A stretch of DNA of 32,000 bases from Planctopirus limnophila DSM 3776 (lineage in GTDB: Bacteria > Planctomycetota > Planctomycetia > Planctomycetales > Planctomycetaceae): positions 4,140,001-4,172,000 of the forward strand of contig NC_014148.1 in the NCBI RefSeq assembly GCF_000092105.1, in the 5' to 3' direction. How positions within the stretch are numbered: position 1 is the first letter of the stretch; the number at the start of each line of letters is the position of its first letter. The position numbers were made by a program, and so were the translations under genes. Of this stretch, positions 1-10,015 are shown in pieces. The notes under the pieces are model-generated. The model did not search any database. It saw only the letters and a program-made list of their open reading frames with translations, and was not told the DNA's origin.

Positions 1-770
1 GGCGACTTCCACGAAGCCCAGGTCCCCACGGGAGCATGACAACCCGCTTCCAATGTACGCAAGACGGCACGTTCGGCATCAACAGCCAGTCGTGTCTGGC
101 GATCTTCCAATTGGCTGACCCAGCGGATCGTCGCTTCATCCCCGTGGCGGCATTCTAATCCCAGGGCACCTTGACCAGCCGCTGGAAACATCGTGGGGGG
201 GGCAAGAATCAGCGAGATGCGATCACTCCAGCCCAGGCGGGATAATCCAGCCACTGCCAGAATCAGTCCTTCGTACTCACCGGCATCGAGCTTTCTGATG
301 CGCGTGTCGAGGTTGCCGCGAACTTCGGAGCAAACAAGATCGGGGCGAATTCTCAAGAGCTGTGCCTGCCGGCGCGGGCTGCCGGTCCCGATCCGTGCGC
401 CACGAGGCAACATGGCGAGTGAAGCGGGGCCGGAATGACCTGTGGGTAACAGCAGCGCATCGGCCACCGGTGCTCGCGCGGGGACAGCGGCGAGTTCCAG
501 CCCGGCTGTGGGGACAGTCGGCAGATCTTTCAGGCTGTGAACAGCAATATCCGCTCGGCCTTCGAGTAATGCCGCCTGAACTTCGCGAGTAAAGACGCCC
601 TGCCCGCCAAACTGACGCAAAGGCTCCCCCTGAACTCGATCACCCGTCGTGGTGACATGCACGAGTTCGACTGTGAGTTCAGGATCCAGCGATCGTAACG
701 AATCCGCAACAAAGTTGGCCTGCCAGAGTGCAAGCTGACTCGCACGCGTGGCAATTCGAAGTACAGGCAT
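1..770 (-). CDS. hemC: Hydroxymethylbilane synthase (porphobilinogen deaminase), N-terminal ~256 aa; the C-terminus lies beyond the window start
   Basis: Not in the ORF track because it runs off the edge. Hand translation from ATG at 770-768 gives [85 protein letters not shown]...[12 protein letters not shown]...[30 protein letters not shown]...[14 protein letters not shown]. These are the classic HemC motifs. The track ORF 530..790 is an out-of-frame shadow. Confidence 0.9.
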   Translation of the reverse strand, partial: MPVLRIATRASQLALWQANFVADSLRSLDPELTVELVHVTTTGDRVQGEPLRQFGGQGVFTREVQAALLEGRADIAVHSLKDLPTVPTAGLELAAVPARAPVADALLLPTGHSGPASLAMLPRGARIGTGSPRRQAQLLRIRPDLVCSEVRGNLDTRIRKLDAGEYEGLILAVAGLSRLGWSDRISLILAPPTMFPAAGQGALGLECRHGDEATIRWVSQLEDRQTRLAVDAERAVLRTLEAGCHAPVGTWASWKS

Positions 771-896
771 GGGAAGGTCATTCTCAGCAAATTAAGACCG
801 TGTGACCGGTGGAATACTGGAAACAGTGTAATCGAGTTCGGCAGGATTGTCCGTTGTCGCTGAAATGATCACAGGGAAAAGGGGGTTCGAATCGAC

Positions 897-1721
897 TCAG
901 ATGGGCGGGATCGATGAGGCCTCATCTTGAGGATGTGGGGTATGCTGTTGTCCGATTCCGCGACCCCAGACAGCCACCGCCACCGGGCCTGAGCCGCTGG
1001 CTTGCAAGGCGCGAATGCAATCGTTGGCTGTACTGCCTGTCGTGAGGACATCGTCGACCAGCAGGACTCTCTGGCTGGTGAAGCGTGTTCGCCAGCCAGC
1101 CCGGTGAGCCAGACGAATGTTTTTCCGCCGCTCTTTCCCGGAAAGCTGATGCTGCGGGATGGTGCGTCGTGGCTTTCGCAAAGCCCTCAATAGGAGCCTC
1201 GCTCGCAGCCGCTGGCTGATCAGCAGAGCCAGTTCATCGGTGGGAATGCGACTTCTCGTCAGTCGATCAATCCACTGCACGGGAACAGGGATCACCAGAT
1301 CGGGCTGCCACGCAATCATCGCAGGGCCGTGGATCTCCCAGAGGAGTTCCGTCAATCCTTGAATCAAAGCGAGATCTCCCTGCTTGGCGCGAGAGATTGC
1401 GTGTGAGAGGGGTGGTTCGTAATTCCCGATCGACCAGACATGCTGCATGTCGAGCCGGTCGTGGCGGCAATGAATGCAGCCTTCGCTGGTGGCCGAATAA
1501 GGCCCGACAACAGCACCACATCGCGGGCAGTACCAAGCACTGGCGGCATGCAACTGCTGGCGACAGTCGTGGCAGAATGAACCGCCCGCATGACTCGTCG
1601 ATGGCTCGCTTTCCTGATGGCAAAGAGCACATGCCGGAGGAAAAAGCCAATCACGCAACGTGCGGCTCCAGCCGTGCAGTCGTGGGTTGGTGAGTTTCGG
1701 GTGCTGAGGGGTTTGATCCAT
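897..1721 (-). CDS. comF: ComF family protein (zinc-finger plus phosphoribosyltransferase-type domain)
   Basis: Track ORF 897..1757. N-terminal Cys clusters (CALCH...CHDC, CPRCG...CIHC) and the C-terminal PRTase signature VLLVDDVLTTGST. I prefer ATG at 1721 (MDQTPQ...) over the TTG at 1757, because 1757 would leave only 7 bp to the divergent neighbour. Confidence 0.8.
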   Translation of the reverse strand: MDQTPQHPKLTNPRLHGWSRTLRDWLFPPACALCHQESEPSTSHAGGSFCHDCRQQLHAASAWYCPRCGAVVGPYSATSEGCIHCRHDRLDMQHVWSIGNYEPPLSHAISRAKQGDLALIQGLTELLWEIHGPAMIAWQPDLVIPVPVQWIDRLTRSRIPTDELALLISQRLRARLLLRALRKPRRTIPQHQLSGKERRKNIRLAHRAGWRTRFTSQRVLLVDDVLTTGSTANDCIRALQASGSGPVAVAVWGRGIGQQHTPHPQDEASSIPPI

Positions 1722-1872
1722 ACACGGGATTCCACAATGCAGCGGTGGCTCTCGCAATCAAAATTTGCCGATGGCTGGCGGTTTCGCTCGCGATGGATCG
1801 GCACACGCTACAATTCACTGGGAACAAATCGGGGTTCAACACCAGGCGACTTCGCCGGGGAGAGCAATCACT

Positions 1873-3306
1873 GTGGAGCGAGTGACAATTGTGGGTGGCG
1901 GGCTGGCAGGCATGGCGGCTGCCGCTGCGCTGGTGCATCACCAGGTGCCCATCAGGCTCCTCGAATCCCGTCCACGACTGGGTGGCCGGGCAAGTTCTTT
2001 TCGCGATCAAGTCACGGGTGAAGCGATCGATAACTGCCAGCATGTCGCGATGGGCTGCTGCACGAACTTCATCCGCTTCTGCGAAATGACAGGGATTCGG
2101 CAGCACTTTGAACCTGCCCGGGAGCTTTACTTTTTTGGCCCTCAGGGAGAGATGACAAAGTTTGCCGCCAGTCGCCTGCCGGCACCACTGCATCTGGCGG
2201 GCGCATTTTTCCGGCTGAGTTATCTTTCACTGTCGGAAAAGCTGGCGCTGGGCCGTGCGTTGTCGCGATTGGCAGTTGCCACGGAAACATCGATCACGTT
2301 TGCCGACTGGCTCAAGAACCAACATCAGCCACCACGGGTGATTGATCACTTCTGGAATGTGGTGCTGGTGAGTGCCCTTTCGGAGTCACTGGATCGAATT
2401 GGTCTGCAACAGGCACGGAAGGTGTTTGTCGATGGTTTCTTGCGGAACCCTCAAGGCTGGGTGGTCGAGATTCCTCAGCAGCCGCTGGAAGAACTCTGGG
2501 CTGGGCCTGTCCGTCAATATCTCGAAGCCAACCACGGGCTGGTCGAAGTGGGGCAAGGTGTGGCAAAAGTCGAGCTTTGCCATGTGAATCATCCGCATTC
2601 ACAGGCCGATGGCTGGCGAGTCACCGGCCTGACTATGCGTGACTCGCGGATGATCCCCACCGGGGAAATGATTGTGGCGCTCCCGTGGTATCGACTGGGA
2701 GAAATCTTTCCCGAAGAGAGCCCGCTGGCGGAGATCATTGCCCAAGCCAGGCAGCTTGAGGCGGCACCCATTTCGAGTGTTCACTTATGGTATGACAGGC
2801 CGATCACAGATTTGCCGCATGCGACCTTTGTGAGTGGCTTATGCCAGTGGCTGTTCATCAAGCCCCGGGAAGCGGGTGCACCGGAGCAGGCCCAGGAGGC
2901 TGCCCACTATGGCTATCAGGTGGTCATCAGTGCGAGTCGAGTGCTGGCGGGGCAATCACAGGAGAAGATCATCGAGCAGGTGGAAAATGAGTTGAGGGGA
3001 TACTTTCCTGCTCTTGGTGATGCGCATAGAGTCCATGCCCGGGTGGTGACAGAGCATAAAGCGGTCTTTTCGCCATTGGTCGGAAGTGAAGCTTTGAGGC
3101 CCGCACAGCAGTCGCCAATTGCGAATCTGCAACTGGCTGGCGACTGGACCAAGACGGGCTGGCCTGCGACGATGGAAGGGGCTGTCAGAAGCGGTTTTCT
3201 CGCTGCAGAAAACGTCCTCCGCCGCCTGGATCAACCGGCAAAAGTGCTAGTTGAAGACCTCCCCACCAGCCGACTGCCAAGACTGGTCTGGGGAAGGTTG
3301 TCTTAA
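1873..3306 (+). CDS. FAD-dependent oxidoreductase of the amine-oxidase/phytoene-desaturase superfamily, HpnE-like (hydroxysqualene dehydroxylase-like)
   Basis: Track ORF 1765..3306. Rossmann dinucleotide motif VTIVGGGLAGMAAAAAL...LLESRPRLGGRA, DNCQHV motif, and C-terminal GDWTKTGWPATMEGAVRSG. An in-frame GTG at 1873 places the GxGxxG motif at the N-terminus as usual, but the start is uncertain. The HpnE assignment is from motif recollection, not a search. Confidence 0.7.
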   Translation: MERVTIVGGGLAGMAAAAALVHHQVPIRLLESRPRLGGRASSFRDQVTGEAIDNCQHVAMGCCTNFIRFCEMTGIRQHFEPARELYFFGPQGEMTKFAASRLPAPLHLAGAFFRLSYLSLSEKLALGRALSRLAVATETSITFADWLKNQHQPPRVIDHFWNVVLVSALSESLDRIGLQQARKVFVDGFLRNPQGWVVEIPQQPLEELWAGPVRQYLEANHGLVEVGQGVAKVELCHVNHPHSQADGWRVTGLTMRDSRMIPTGEMIVALPWYRLGEIFPEESPLAEIIAQARQLEAAPISSVHLWYDRPITDLPHATFVSGLCQWLFIKPREAGAPEQAQEAAHYGYQVVISASRVLAGQSQEKIIEQVENELRGYFPALGDAHRVHARVVTEHKAVFSPLVGSEALRPAQQSPIANLQLAGDWTKTGWPATMEGAVRSGFLAAENVLRRLDQPAKVLVEDLPTSRLPRLVWGRLS

Positions 3307-3525
3307 GGCGTTTCTCCTCGACATCCGCTGTTGATTTTGCGCAATTCCAAAATCAGATCCATCTCACTAAACCATCTCCTTCACAATCTTGCTTGCCACA
3401 ACAATTAGCATGGCTAGTGACTAAATTTTCATATTTGAATTTTTATTCACTATGTGTTTAGTTAAATCACCCTTAACATCCGGGAGGTGTTGAAGTTTGT
3501 GTTTTTTTGTTCAGAAGGTGTTTTC

Positions 3526-4035
3526 ATGTCAATTAAAATCGGCTTTCGAGTCACCGGAATGTTTTTTGGGTCGGCTAAACCTATCGTCGTGGAGATTGAT
3601 AATCCAAAATCATCAGTACGAGACGTGATGCTGAAGGTTTCCAAGCTCGTTGAGGAGGGAGGAGTTCCTGGAGTTGAATCATTTATTTTTAGTCCACGAA
3701 ATCCATCGGACGCTGAGACACTTAGTTCCATTACGATTAAGTACTCAGAAGGGCCAAATGGCGTTTATAGCCCAGGCACCTATCACCTGGAAGAAAATTT
3801 GATGGGGAATCCGATACTCGCATTTCAGTTCTATCATTTCCGTGCCAATATGCAGCAAGTTAACAATAATAACCGTACTAACACTTTTGGAGAGCCCATC
3901 GAAGACATTTTTAAAGATGGTGACATTATCATCTGGCGCCAAATTGCAATCCTGCAGGCTCCTAATGGACTCAGGCAGGTCGAATCCCTCGCCGTCAAGG
4001 AAATCGACTCACTTAAGAGAGCCAATCTGATCTAG
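3526..4035 (+). CDS. Hypothetical protein (orphan, in an AT-rich islet)
   Basis: Track ORF 3487..4035. ATG at 3526 is preceded by GAAGG 7 nt upstream. I recognise no motifs. Codon composition is visibly AT-rich compared with the flanks. Confidence 0.55.
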   Translation: MSIKIGFRVTGMFFGSAKPIVVEIDNPKSSVRDVMLKVSKLVEEGGVPGVESFIFSPRNPSDAETLSSITIKYSEGPNGVYSPGTYHLEENLMGNPILAFQFYHFRANMQQVNNNNRTNTFGEPIEDIFKDGDIIIWRQIAILQAPNGLRQVESLAVKEIDSLKRANLI

Positions 4036-4100
4036 CATGCGCAATGTATGCTGTATGGCGAGTTGGCTAATCAATAATAGTCATTGTGGAAGAATTGAGT

Positions 4101-4134
4101 GTTGGTGGGTTAAGGCTTACCGCAACCCTCCAAC
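4101..4134. repeat. REP-like hairpin element, copy 1 (GTTGGTGGGTTAAGGCTTACCGCAACCCTCCAAC)
   Basis: An 11-bp stem with one mismatch around the loop AAGGCTTACCGC. It shares GTGGGTTAAGGCT..CGCAACCC with the element at 10826-10856. Both lie just 3-prime of + strand genes. Confidence 0.6.
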
Positions 4135-4213
4135 ACCATTCAGTCTATGGACAAGTCATTTGTGAAATGCCGAGAGTGCGGTGCATGGCTTCTAGGTTCA
4201 TACGATGACCCCA

Positions 4214-5986
4214 TTACTGGGTTTTACGCGTTGAACCGCTGCCGACAAATTCTTCCTGGCTCAGGGTTCCGTCTTTATTGATATCGAATTTAATAAACCT
4301 TTGGGCGGCGGCGGGGCCGTCGGGTTGGTTGCTCATGAACTCTTCGTGGGTCAATTTGCCATCCGCGTTTTTGTCTTTCGTGGCGAAGAGTTTGTTGCGA
4401 TCGATTTTTGCTGTGGGTTTTTGTGGAGACGTGGCCTCAGCAGGTTTGGCTGGCGTGGCGTTGGCTTTAATCTGAGGTTTCGCCTCTGGATGGCGAGCCA
4501 GGAGTGATTTGAGCTGCTCGACAACCTGGGGCTGCTGGCTCGCCAGGTTTTCTCTCTCCAGTGGGTCGGCCTGATAATCATAGAGTTCATACTCTGCGGT
4601 CTCCGGCGAGGCACCATAGCCCTTCCACTCGACGAGGCGGTAACGCTCCGTCCGAATCGCCCGGCCCAGAATCGGCCCTTTTCCCTGAGGCGAACGGGGA
4701 TAGACATGAATCACGTGATCCTTCAAGTGAGACTGGGGATGGCTTAGAACCTGAATCTGGCTGCTTCCATCGATATCGGCAGGTGAGGGCAAGCCAGCGA
4801 GCTGGCAGAGTGTGGGATAGATATCGACGGTTTCAAGCAGAGCCTTGGTTTTGACATTTTTCTGACCGCCGGGAATGGAAAACAGGACAGGAATTCGAGT
4901 GGCCTGCTCATAGTTGGAATGTTTGCACCACATGCCGTGATCACCCAGATGCCAGCCATGATCGCCCCAGAGGACGACGATCGTGCGATCGGTCAATTGG
5001 AGGCGATCGAGTTCATCGAGGACACGACCGACTTGAGCATCCATGTAGCTGGTGGCGGCGTAGTAGCCATGGATCAACTCCTTCTGCAGGTCTGCGGAGA
5101 GTGGGCCTTCCTGTGGCACGCCTTGATATTGGCGGAGTTCGCCCCAGTTGGTGGGGGCATAAGCCGGTGCGCCGGCCGGGGCTTTAGTGATGCTGGGGAG
5201 GGAGAACTGATCTCTCTGGTAAAGATCCCAATACTTCTGGGGAGCGACAAAGGGGAGGTGCGGCTTCACAAAGCCGACGGCGAGAAAGAAGGGTTCATTG
5301 GGCTTTTGGCTGGCCTGCTGCAGACGGAGCATTGCCTCCTGAGCGATTTTTCCGTCGGCATAGGTTTCATCGGAAACGTTGGCAGCTTCGATCACTGCAC
5401 CGCGCGGGAGGCCGGCGGCTGATTTGTTATCAAATAGAGCTTCTTCGCGAGTCAAACCTTGTGGGGCTTTGCTTTCTGGCAAGGCATAACCGACGACGTT
5501 GGCTTTGAAGTGCGGGACACTCCAGGAGGCCTGGTCTTCGCCGTTGCCGTGACCGACATGAAAGATTTTTCCGAGTGCTGCGGTGTGATAGCCCTGCTGT
5601 TTGAAGAACTGGGGCATGGTGATGGCGTTGGGCCGGGATTTCCGGAAGTTGGTACCCAGATCGTAAATGCCCAGCGTCTGCGGGCGCAGGCCTGTGAGGA
5701 GTGCATTGCGTGAGGGCGAGCAGACGGCCTGATTGCAATAGGCACTTTCAAACAGGACGGCTCGGGAAGCCAGTCGATCAATATTCGGCGTTTTTGCCAG
5801 AGGATCGCCATAGCAACCCAGCGTGGGCTTGAGATCGTCGACGCAGATCAGCAGTACATTCGGCTTATCGCTTGCCGCGACGAGCTTGAGGCCCATCGAC
5901 GGACTGACGATGGCCAGCAGCAACAGGATCGATCGCAGCGCGAGAAGGTGGTCGAGCCAATGGTTGTGAATCATAGAGGTTCTCAA
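4214..5986 (-). CDS. Secreted sulfatase (formylglycine-dependent; iduronate/aryl-sulfatase-like) with a C-terminal EF-hand pair
   Basis: Signal/TM segment, LICVDDLKPTLGCYGD, the formylglycine site CSPSRNALLTG, and GDHGW. The C-terminus carries two canonical EF-hand loops, DKNADGKLTHEEF and DINKDGTLSQEEF. Confidence 0.9.
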   Translation of the reverse strand: MRTSMIHNHWLDHLLALRSILLLLAIVSPSMGLKLVAASDKPNVLLICVDDLKPTLGCYGDPLAKTPNIDRLASRAVLFESAYCNQAVCSPSRNALLTGLRPQTLGIYDLGTNFRKSRPNAITMPQFFKQQGYHTAALGKIFHVGHGNGEDQASWSVPHFKANVVGYALPESKAPQGLTREEALFDNKSAAGLPRGAVIEAANVSDETYADGKIAQEAMLRLQQASQKPNEPFFLAVGFVKPHLPFVAPQKYWDLYQRDQFSLPSITKAPAGAPAYAPTNWGELRQYQGVPQEGPLSADLQKELIHGYYAATSYMDAQVGRVLDELDRLQLTDRTIVVLWGDHGWHLGDHGMWCKHSNYEQATRIPVLFSIPGGQKNVKTKALLETVDIYPTLCQLAGLPSPADIDGSSQIQVLSHPQSHLKDHVIHVYPRSPQGKGPILGRAIRTERYRLVEWKGYGASPETAEYELYDYQADPLERENLASQQPQVVEQLKSLLARHPEAKPQIKANATPAKPAEATSPQKPTAKIDRNKLFATKDKNADGKLTHEEFMSNQPDGPAAAQRFIKFDINKDGTLSQEEFVGSGSTRKTQ

Positions 5987-6228
5987 TGCGTGATGAAGGG
6001 ACAGGGCCAGAAGTGGTGAATTGAGAGCACGGATGCCACGTTCACTGGGCCGACATCGAGAAGAGTCTGATTTGTCGCACGAGTCAAGAGCTTGACCTAC
6101 TGAGGGCAGGTGTATGGGGATATCACCTCATGAAAAACTGCGGAAGGCTGATTCTTGGATTGTGTGGCACAGGCAGGGCGAGATTCAGACACGGGAAAAT
6201 GAGTCACCCCCGTAGAAATTCTCTACTT

Positions 6229-6269
6229 AAAAAAAGATCGCTCTCAGTGCATGACGCGCTGAGAGCGAT
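6229..6269 (-). terminator. Rho-independent terminator for the 6474..7238 gene
   Basis: Perfect 11-bp stem (6237-6247 pairs with 6259-6269), extendable by 2-3 pairs. On the minus strand it is followed by a run of 7 U (plus-strand A run at 6229-6235). Confidence 0.7.
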
Positions 6270-6473
6270 GATCGATTCCACGGCTGATTACTAGGAAAGC
6301 TTATATCACTTTGAAAGCCTGACGATGAATGCTGACTTTCTCAATGAGCGACTGCACTTCAGTAAACTTAAAAAGCATATTCGGAATTCATGAAGGTATC
6401 GAGATCGAGACTCTGCAGTTGCGTTCATTTCGAGGCAAGTTAACGAGGTACTCATCAATGCTGATTATCCGCC

Positions 6474-7238
6474 TTAAAAGTCGAGATCCACAATGCGGCC
6501 CATGATCAGCCGTACCCATTTCACATCGACTGTTTTCTGGCCGTCGATCGTTTTCGTGACCTGGATGCCGTAGATGTGTGGAATTCCGGGGATGAGTGGT
6601 GTTTCAGATTCCAGTCGCCAGTGATCCTGATACCAGCGTGGTTTTAATCCACGGGCAGTAATATCTGCTGATTCAGGGACATTCCACAAATCGACAATCG
6701 CTGTTCGCGGATGCTTATCGTCGGGAACGAGTCGCGAACGTCTTTGATAGGTCGTTCCCAGAGTTCCTGGCGGTGGCGAAATTCCATCGCGATTGGTTGC
6801 TGGCGAGAGGATTCCCTGCCGAACCGTCAGACCGGCACCCGGCGGCACCTGTGGCTGCACTGGCAACATCTCGGTAGGGGTTGCCACTGGAGGCTGAAAC
6901 ACGCCCGTCGATCCCGGGACGCCTGCCGGCGCCATTGCAGGTGGTGGGACGACGCCGGGAGCCATCATTGACTGAGCGGGCATGGGTTGAGGAGGCACAG
7001 GTTGAGGGACTAAAGGCTGAGGGACGACAGGTCGCACCGCAGGAATTGGGTTGTACCCCGCATCCTGTGCAGGGACGTGCTCGACAATCACCAGCGTGAC
7101 CACTGGTAGAGCTGCTGCCAGGCAGGCCCGCTTCCAGTTCAGAAAATGTTCGGTTCGAAAGGATAACAAGCCAGTTCCTCCATCTTGAGAGGCGTTTTCA
7201 GGAAACTCAGGCTTCCTGGTGAAGTCGATGCAGCTCAT
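6474..7238 (-). CDS. Proline-rich membrane-anchored hypothetical protein with a TIGR03000-like C-terminal domain
   Basis: One TM segment (ACLAAALPVVTLVIV), then a long P/Q/V-rich low-complexity region. The C-terminal ~75 aa (TAIVDLWNVPESADITARG...YGIQVTKTIDGQKTVDVKWVRLIMGRIVDLDF) resembles the planctomycete TIGR03000 domain by recollection. Confidence 0.6.
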   Translation of the reverse strand: MSCIDFTRKPEFPENASQDGGTGLLSFRTEHFLNWKRACLAAALPVVTLVIVEHVPAQDAGYNPIPAVRPVVPQPLVPQPVPPQPMPAQSMMAPGVVPPPAMAPAGVPGSTGVFQPPVATPTEMLPVQPQVPPGAGLTVRQGILSPATNRDGISPPPGTLGTTYQRRSRLVPDDKHPRTAIVDLWNVPESADITARGLKPRWYQDHWRLESETPLIPGIPHIYGIQVTKTIDGQKTVDVKWVRLIMGRIVDLDF

Positions 7239-7489
7239 GGAAATTCATGGGCATTCAGGTGAAACGTACCACATGAGTTCCTGCTGGCCGATTCACGACA
7301 TTGCTAAAAGAAGATTTGTCGTTTTGAGTTCTCCAGAATGTCATGGGAAATCAGCCAGCGAAAGTTTTCCGTCTAAGTGGATTAAAGCGATCCCCGTCGA
7401 GCTTGGTTGCGAACGACTTCTCTATGTGGCAGAGTAACTTTACGCTCGCAGCAATGTTCCCTTTTTGAACTGATTCATGCGGAGTTGTT

Positions 7490-9223
7490 GTGAAATCCTT
7501 ACCGATCGTGGGCCGTTTCAAGCCTTTTGCTGCCGTTTGCCTCGCCATCCTGGCTGTGAGTTGTTCTGGTTCACTTTTCGCAGATGATGCCATTGCTGAT
7601 CGCTTTGCCGCCTCTTTCGAGCATGGGGCGGTCGCCGCTGATCATCCCTTAGCGAGTGAAGCGGGCGCTCAAATGCTGCGTCAGGGTGGCAATGCCGTCG
7701 ATGCTGCTGTCGCCACGTCGTTCGCGCTTTCGGTTGTGAGGCCTGCCAGTTGTGGTATTGGGGGCGGTGGATTTATGGTCATCTGGAAGGCGAAAGAGCA
7801 AAAAGTTTTCGCCCTCGATTACCGTGAGATCGCACCGGCAGCCGCCACGCCAGAGATGTTTATCGAGGCCCCGATGAGCAGTCGCCGCGGAGCGAAGGCT
7901 GTCGCCATTCCGGGTACAGTTGCCGGTCTTTGCCAGGCTCTCAAAGAACATGGCACGCTCGATCTGGCCACAGTTCTGGCACCTGCCATTCGGATGGCAC
8001 GCGAAGGCTACGCCATCGACGAGCACGATCTTGCAATTCAGGCCGAAACTCTCAAGACGTTAGGCCAGCGCGATGCAGAGTATGCCGGACTCTACAATCG
8101 CTATCTCAATGCCGGCAAAACATGGAAGCTCGGCGAGAAGTTTTACTCCCCCCAACTCCCCGCACTCGAAGCGATTGCCAAAGATGGCCCCCAGGCGTTC
8201 TATGAAGGCACCATTGCCCGCGAAATGGCCCAGTGGATGAAAGAGCATGGCGGCATTATCACGGCTCAAGATCTTGCCAATTACAAACCCCGGCCACGCA
8301 CTCCTCTGCAGCTCGATTGGCGGGGAGGCAAAGTCTATACCATGCCTCCTCCATCCAGTGGCGGGATCTGCCTGCTGCAAGTCCTGCAGATTCTCGATGC
8401 CTATGGTGAAAAGCACCCGGCACAATCACTCAAGGTACTGGGCCATAACACCCCGAAAGGCCTGCATCTACTGACAGAAGCGATGAAGCATGCCTATGCC
8501 GATCGCGCTGAGTTTTTGGGCGATACGGACTTTGTCCAAGTCCCTATGGAGAAACTTCTCTCGCGTGAGCATGCCCGCGATCTGGCCAGCCGCGTCGATC
8601 TGACGAAGACATTTCCACCCGAACATTACGGCAAGTTCGCCCCTCTGAATGATGCCGGCACCAGCCACCTTTCGGTGATTGATCGCGATGGGAATGCCGT
8701 CGCCTGCACCGAGACCATCAATCTCACCTATGGCAGCTATGTGGTTCTTCCCGAATCAGGCATTATCCTGAACAACGAAATGGACGACTTCGCCGCTGTC
8801 CCTGGCAAGCCCAATGCGTTTGGTCTTCTTCAAAGTGCCAGCAATGAAGTTCAGCCCGGCAAGAAACCACTTTCGAGCATGACACCCACACTCTTTATCA
8901 AAGATGGCCAGGTACAGGTGGCTGTTGGAGCTTCCGGTGGGCCCAGGATTATCTCCTCGACCATCCAGGTCTTTCTCAACAGCACTGAGCATCAACTGGA
9001 ACCTGCTGCGGCGGTGGCCAGCCCAAGAATCCATCACCAGTGGATGCCGAATACGCTGGTGATTGAGAACAAACTGGAAGATCTCGGCGAAGAACTGGCT
9101 GCCTTTGGCCACGAAATTTCGCAGCGATCATCTCTCGCCATTACCCAACTCGTGACGAGAAGAGATGGCAAGCTGTGGGCCGTCAGCGATCCCAGAAAGC
9201 ATGGCCAGCCTGCGGGGCATTAA
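7490..9223 (+). CDS. ggt: Gamma-glutamyltransferase (secreted)
   Basis: 577 aa with a GTG start and signal peptide. Autoprocessing nucleophile context NDAGTSHLSVIDRDGNAVACTETIN, plus GGPRIISS and MDDF motifs typical of GGT. Confidence 0.92.
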   Translation: MKSLPIVGRFKPFAAVCLAILAVSCSGSLFADDAIADRFAASFEHGAVAADHPLASEAGAQMLRQGGNAVDAAVATSFALSVVRPASCGIGGGGFMVIWKAKEQKVFALDYREIAPAAATPEMFIEAPMSSRRGAKAVAIPGTVAGLCQALKEHGTLDLATVLAPAIRMAREGYAIDEHDLAIQAETLKTLGQRDAEYAGLYNRYLNAGKTWKLGEKFYSPQLPALEAIAKDGPQAFYEGTIAREMAQWMKEHGGIITAQDLANYKPRPRTPLQLDWRGGKVYTMPPPSSGGICLLQVLQILDAYGEKHPAQSLKVLGHNTPKGLHLLTEAMKHAYADRAEFLGDTDFVQVPMEKLLSREHARDLASRVDLTKTFPPEHYGKFAPLNDAGTSHLSVIDRDGNAVACTETINLTYGSYVVLPESGIILNNEMDDFAAVPGKPNAFGLLQSASNEVQPGKKPLSSMTPTLFIKDGQVQVAVGASGGPRIISSTIQVFLNSTEHQLEPAAAVASPRIHHQWMPNTLVIENKLEDLGEELAAFGHEISQRSSLAITQLVTRRDGKLWAVSDPRKHGQPAGH

Positions 9224-9377
9224 TTCAATTTCCGCTCGATCATCGAGTGGCGGAAAATGCAAGCAGCGATTGTCACGCCCCAGGAACGCAAAAACCTCTG
9301 CTCGGGAAACATCTCAGACTCGGAAACATCTCTGAGCAGAGGTTGGGTATCGAATCCCCACAATTGAGGCGAAAAGG

Positions 9378-9806
9378 CTATGGTTTCGAGACCTTGCAGG
9401 TGAATGTGCAGGTCTTTTCACCAATGACCCATTGAGCCTTAGCCGTCTGGCCAGTGCTGAGTGTCATTCTTGGTGCCAGGAGCGTGTGGCCTTTGCTCTT
9501 CATCTGCAAACTGACTTGATGGGTCGTCTGGGGCTCGATTGTTCCCGTGGTGACAGCGATCTCGATGCTCTCGTTCGGATTCTCCATCAACAAATTCCCG
9601 GTACTCGCAGGTCTCATCAATATCTGCGGTGCGGCGAGAGTTTGCGTTTTTCCGTGAATGGTCTCTTCGAGCAGGCACTCGACCACAAATGCTGGCTGAG
9701 GCTCTTCGGCAGCCCCCGCCCGATTCTCATGAGTCATCATGGTCACGGAAACCACAGCGACGAGCGCCGCACATGCCGAGATCATTATCCGTAACATGTT
9801 CGTCAT
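9378..9806 (-). CDS. Secreted hypothetical protein
   Basis: 142 aa with an N-terminal signal peptide (MLRIMISACAALVAVVSV). No recognised motifs. Confidence 0.5.
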   Translation of the reverse strand: MTNMLRIMISACAALVAVVSVTMMTHENRAGAAEEPQPAFVVECLLEETIHGKTQTLAAPQILMRPASTGNLLMENPNESIEIAVTTGTIEPQTTHQVSLQMKSKGHTLLAPRMTLSTGQTAKAQWVIGEKTCTFTCKVSKP

Positions 9807-10015
9807 CTCCTTTTGGTCAAGGCAAAATCACCGAACTTCTGACGTGTCGAACAAGACGCAAAGATCCTTTCCTTCCCAGATTCCGTCAACATCAACTTCG
9901 GCTGACCCTCTCTTCATCAACCCACCGCGATCCACTGACATCCATTATCCTTCCACGATACAATCCAACGACTCAGACTCAGCCTTCACCTCAATACACG
10001 GAAGCAGCGTTCGGC

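Noticed and set aside
530-790. 86-aa minus-strand ORF from the track
   Set aside because: It is an out-of-frame overlap with the clear hemC reading frame that starts at 770.
9232-9250. Hairpin CCGCTCGAT/ATCGAGTGG between the convergent ggt and 9378..9806 genes as a bidirectional terminator
   Set aside because: The loop would be too small unless the inner pairs open, and there is no U-run on either strand. The evidence is too weak to annotate.
9629-10015. N-terminal 129-codon extension of the methyltransferase ORF
   Set aside because: It is low complexity (Ser/Pro/Thr/Arg-rich) and overlaps the opposite-strand signal-peptide gene 9378..9806. The methyltransferase fold begins right after ATG 10016.
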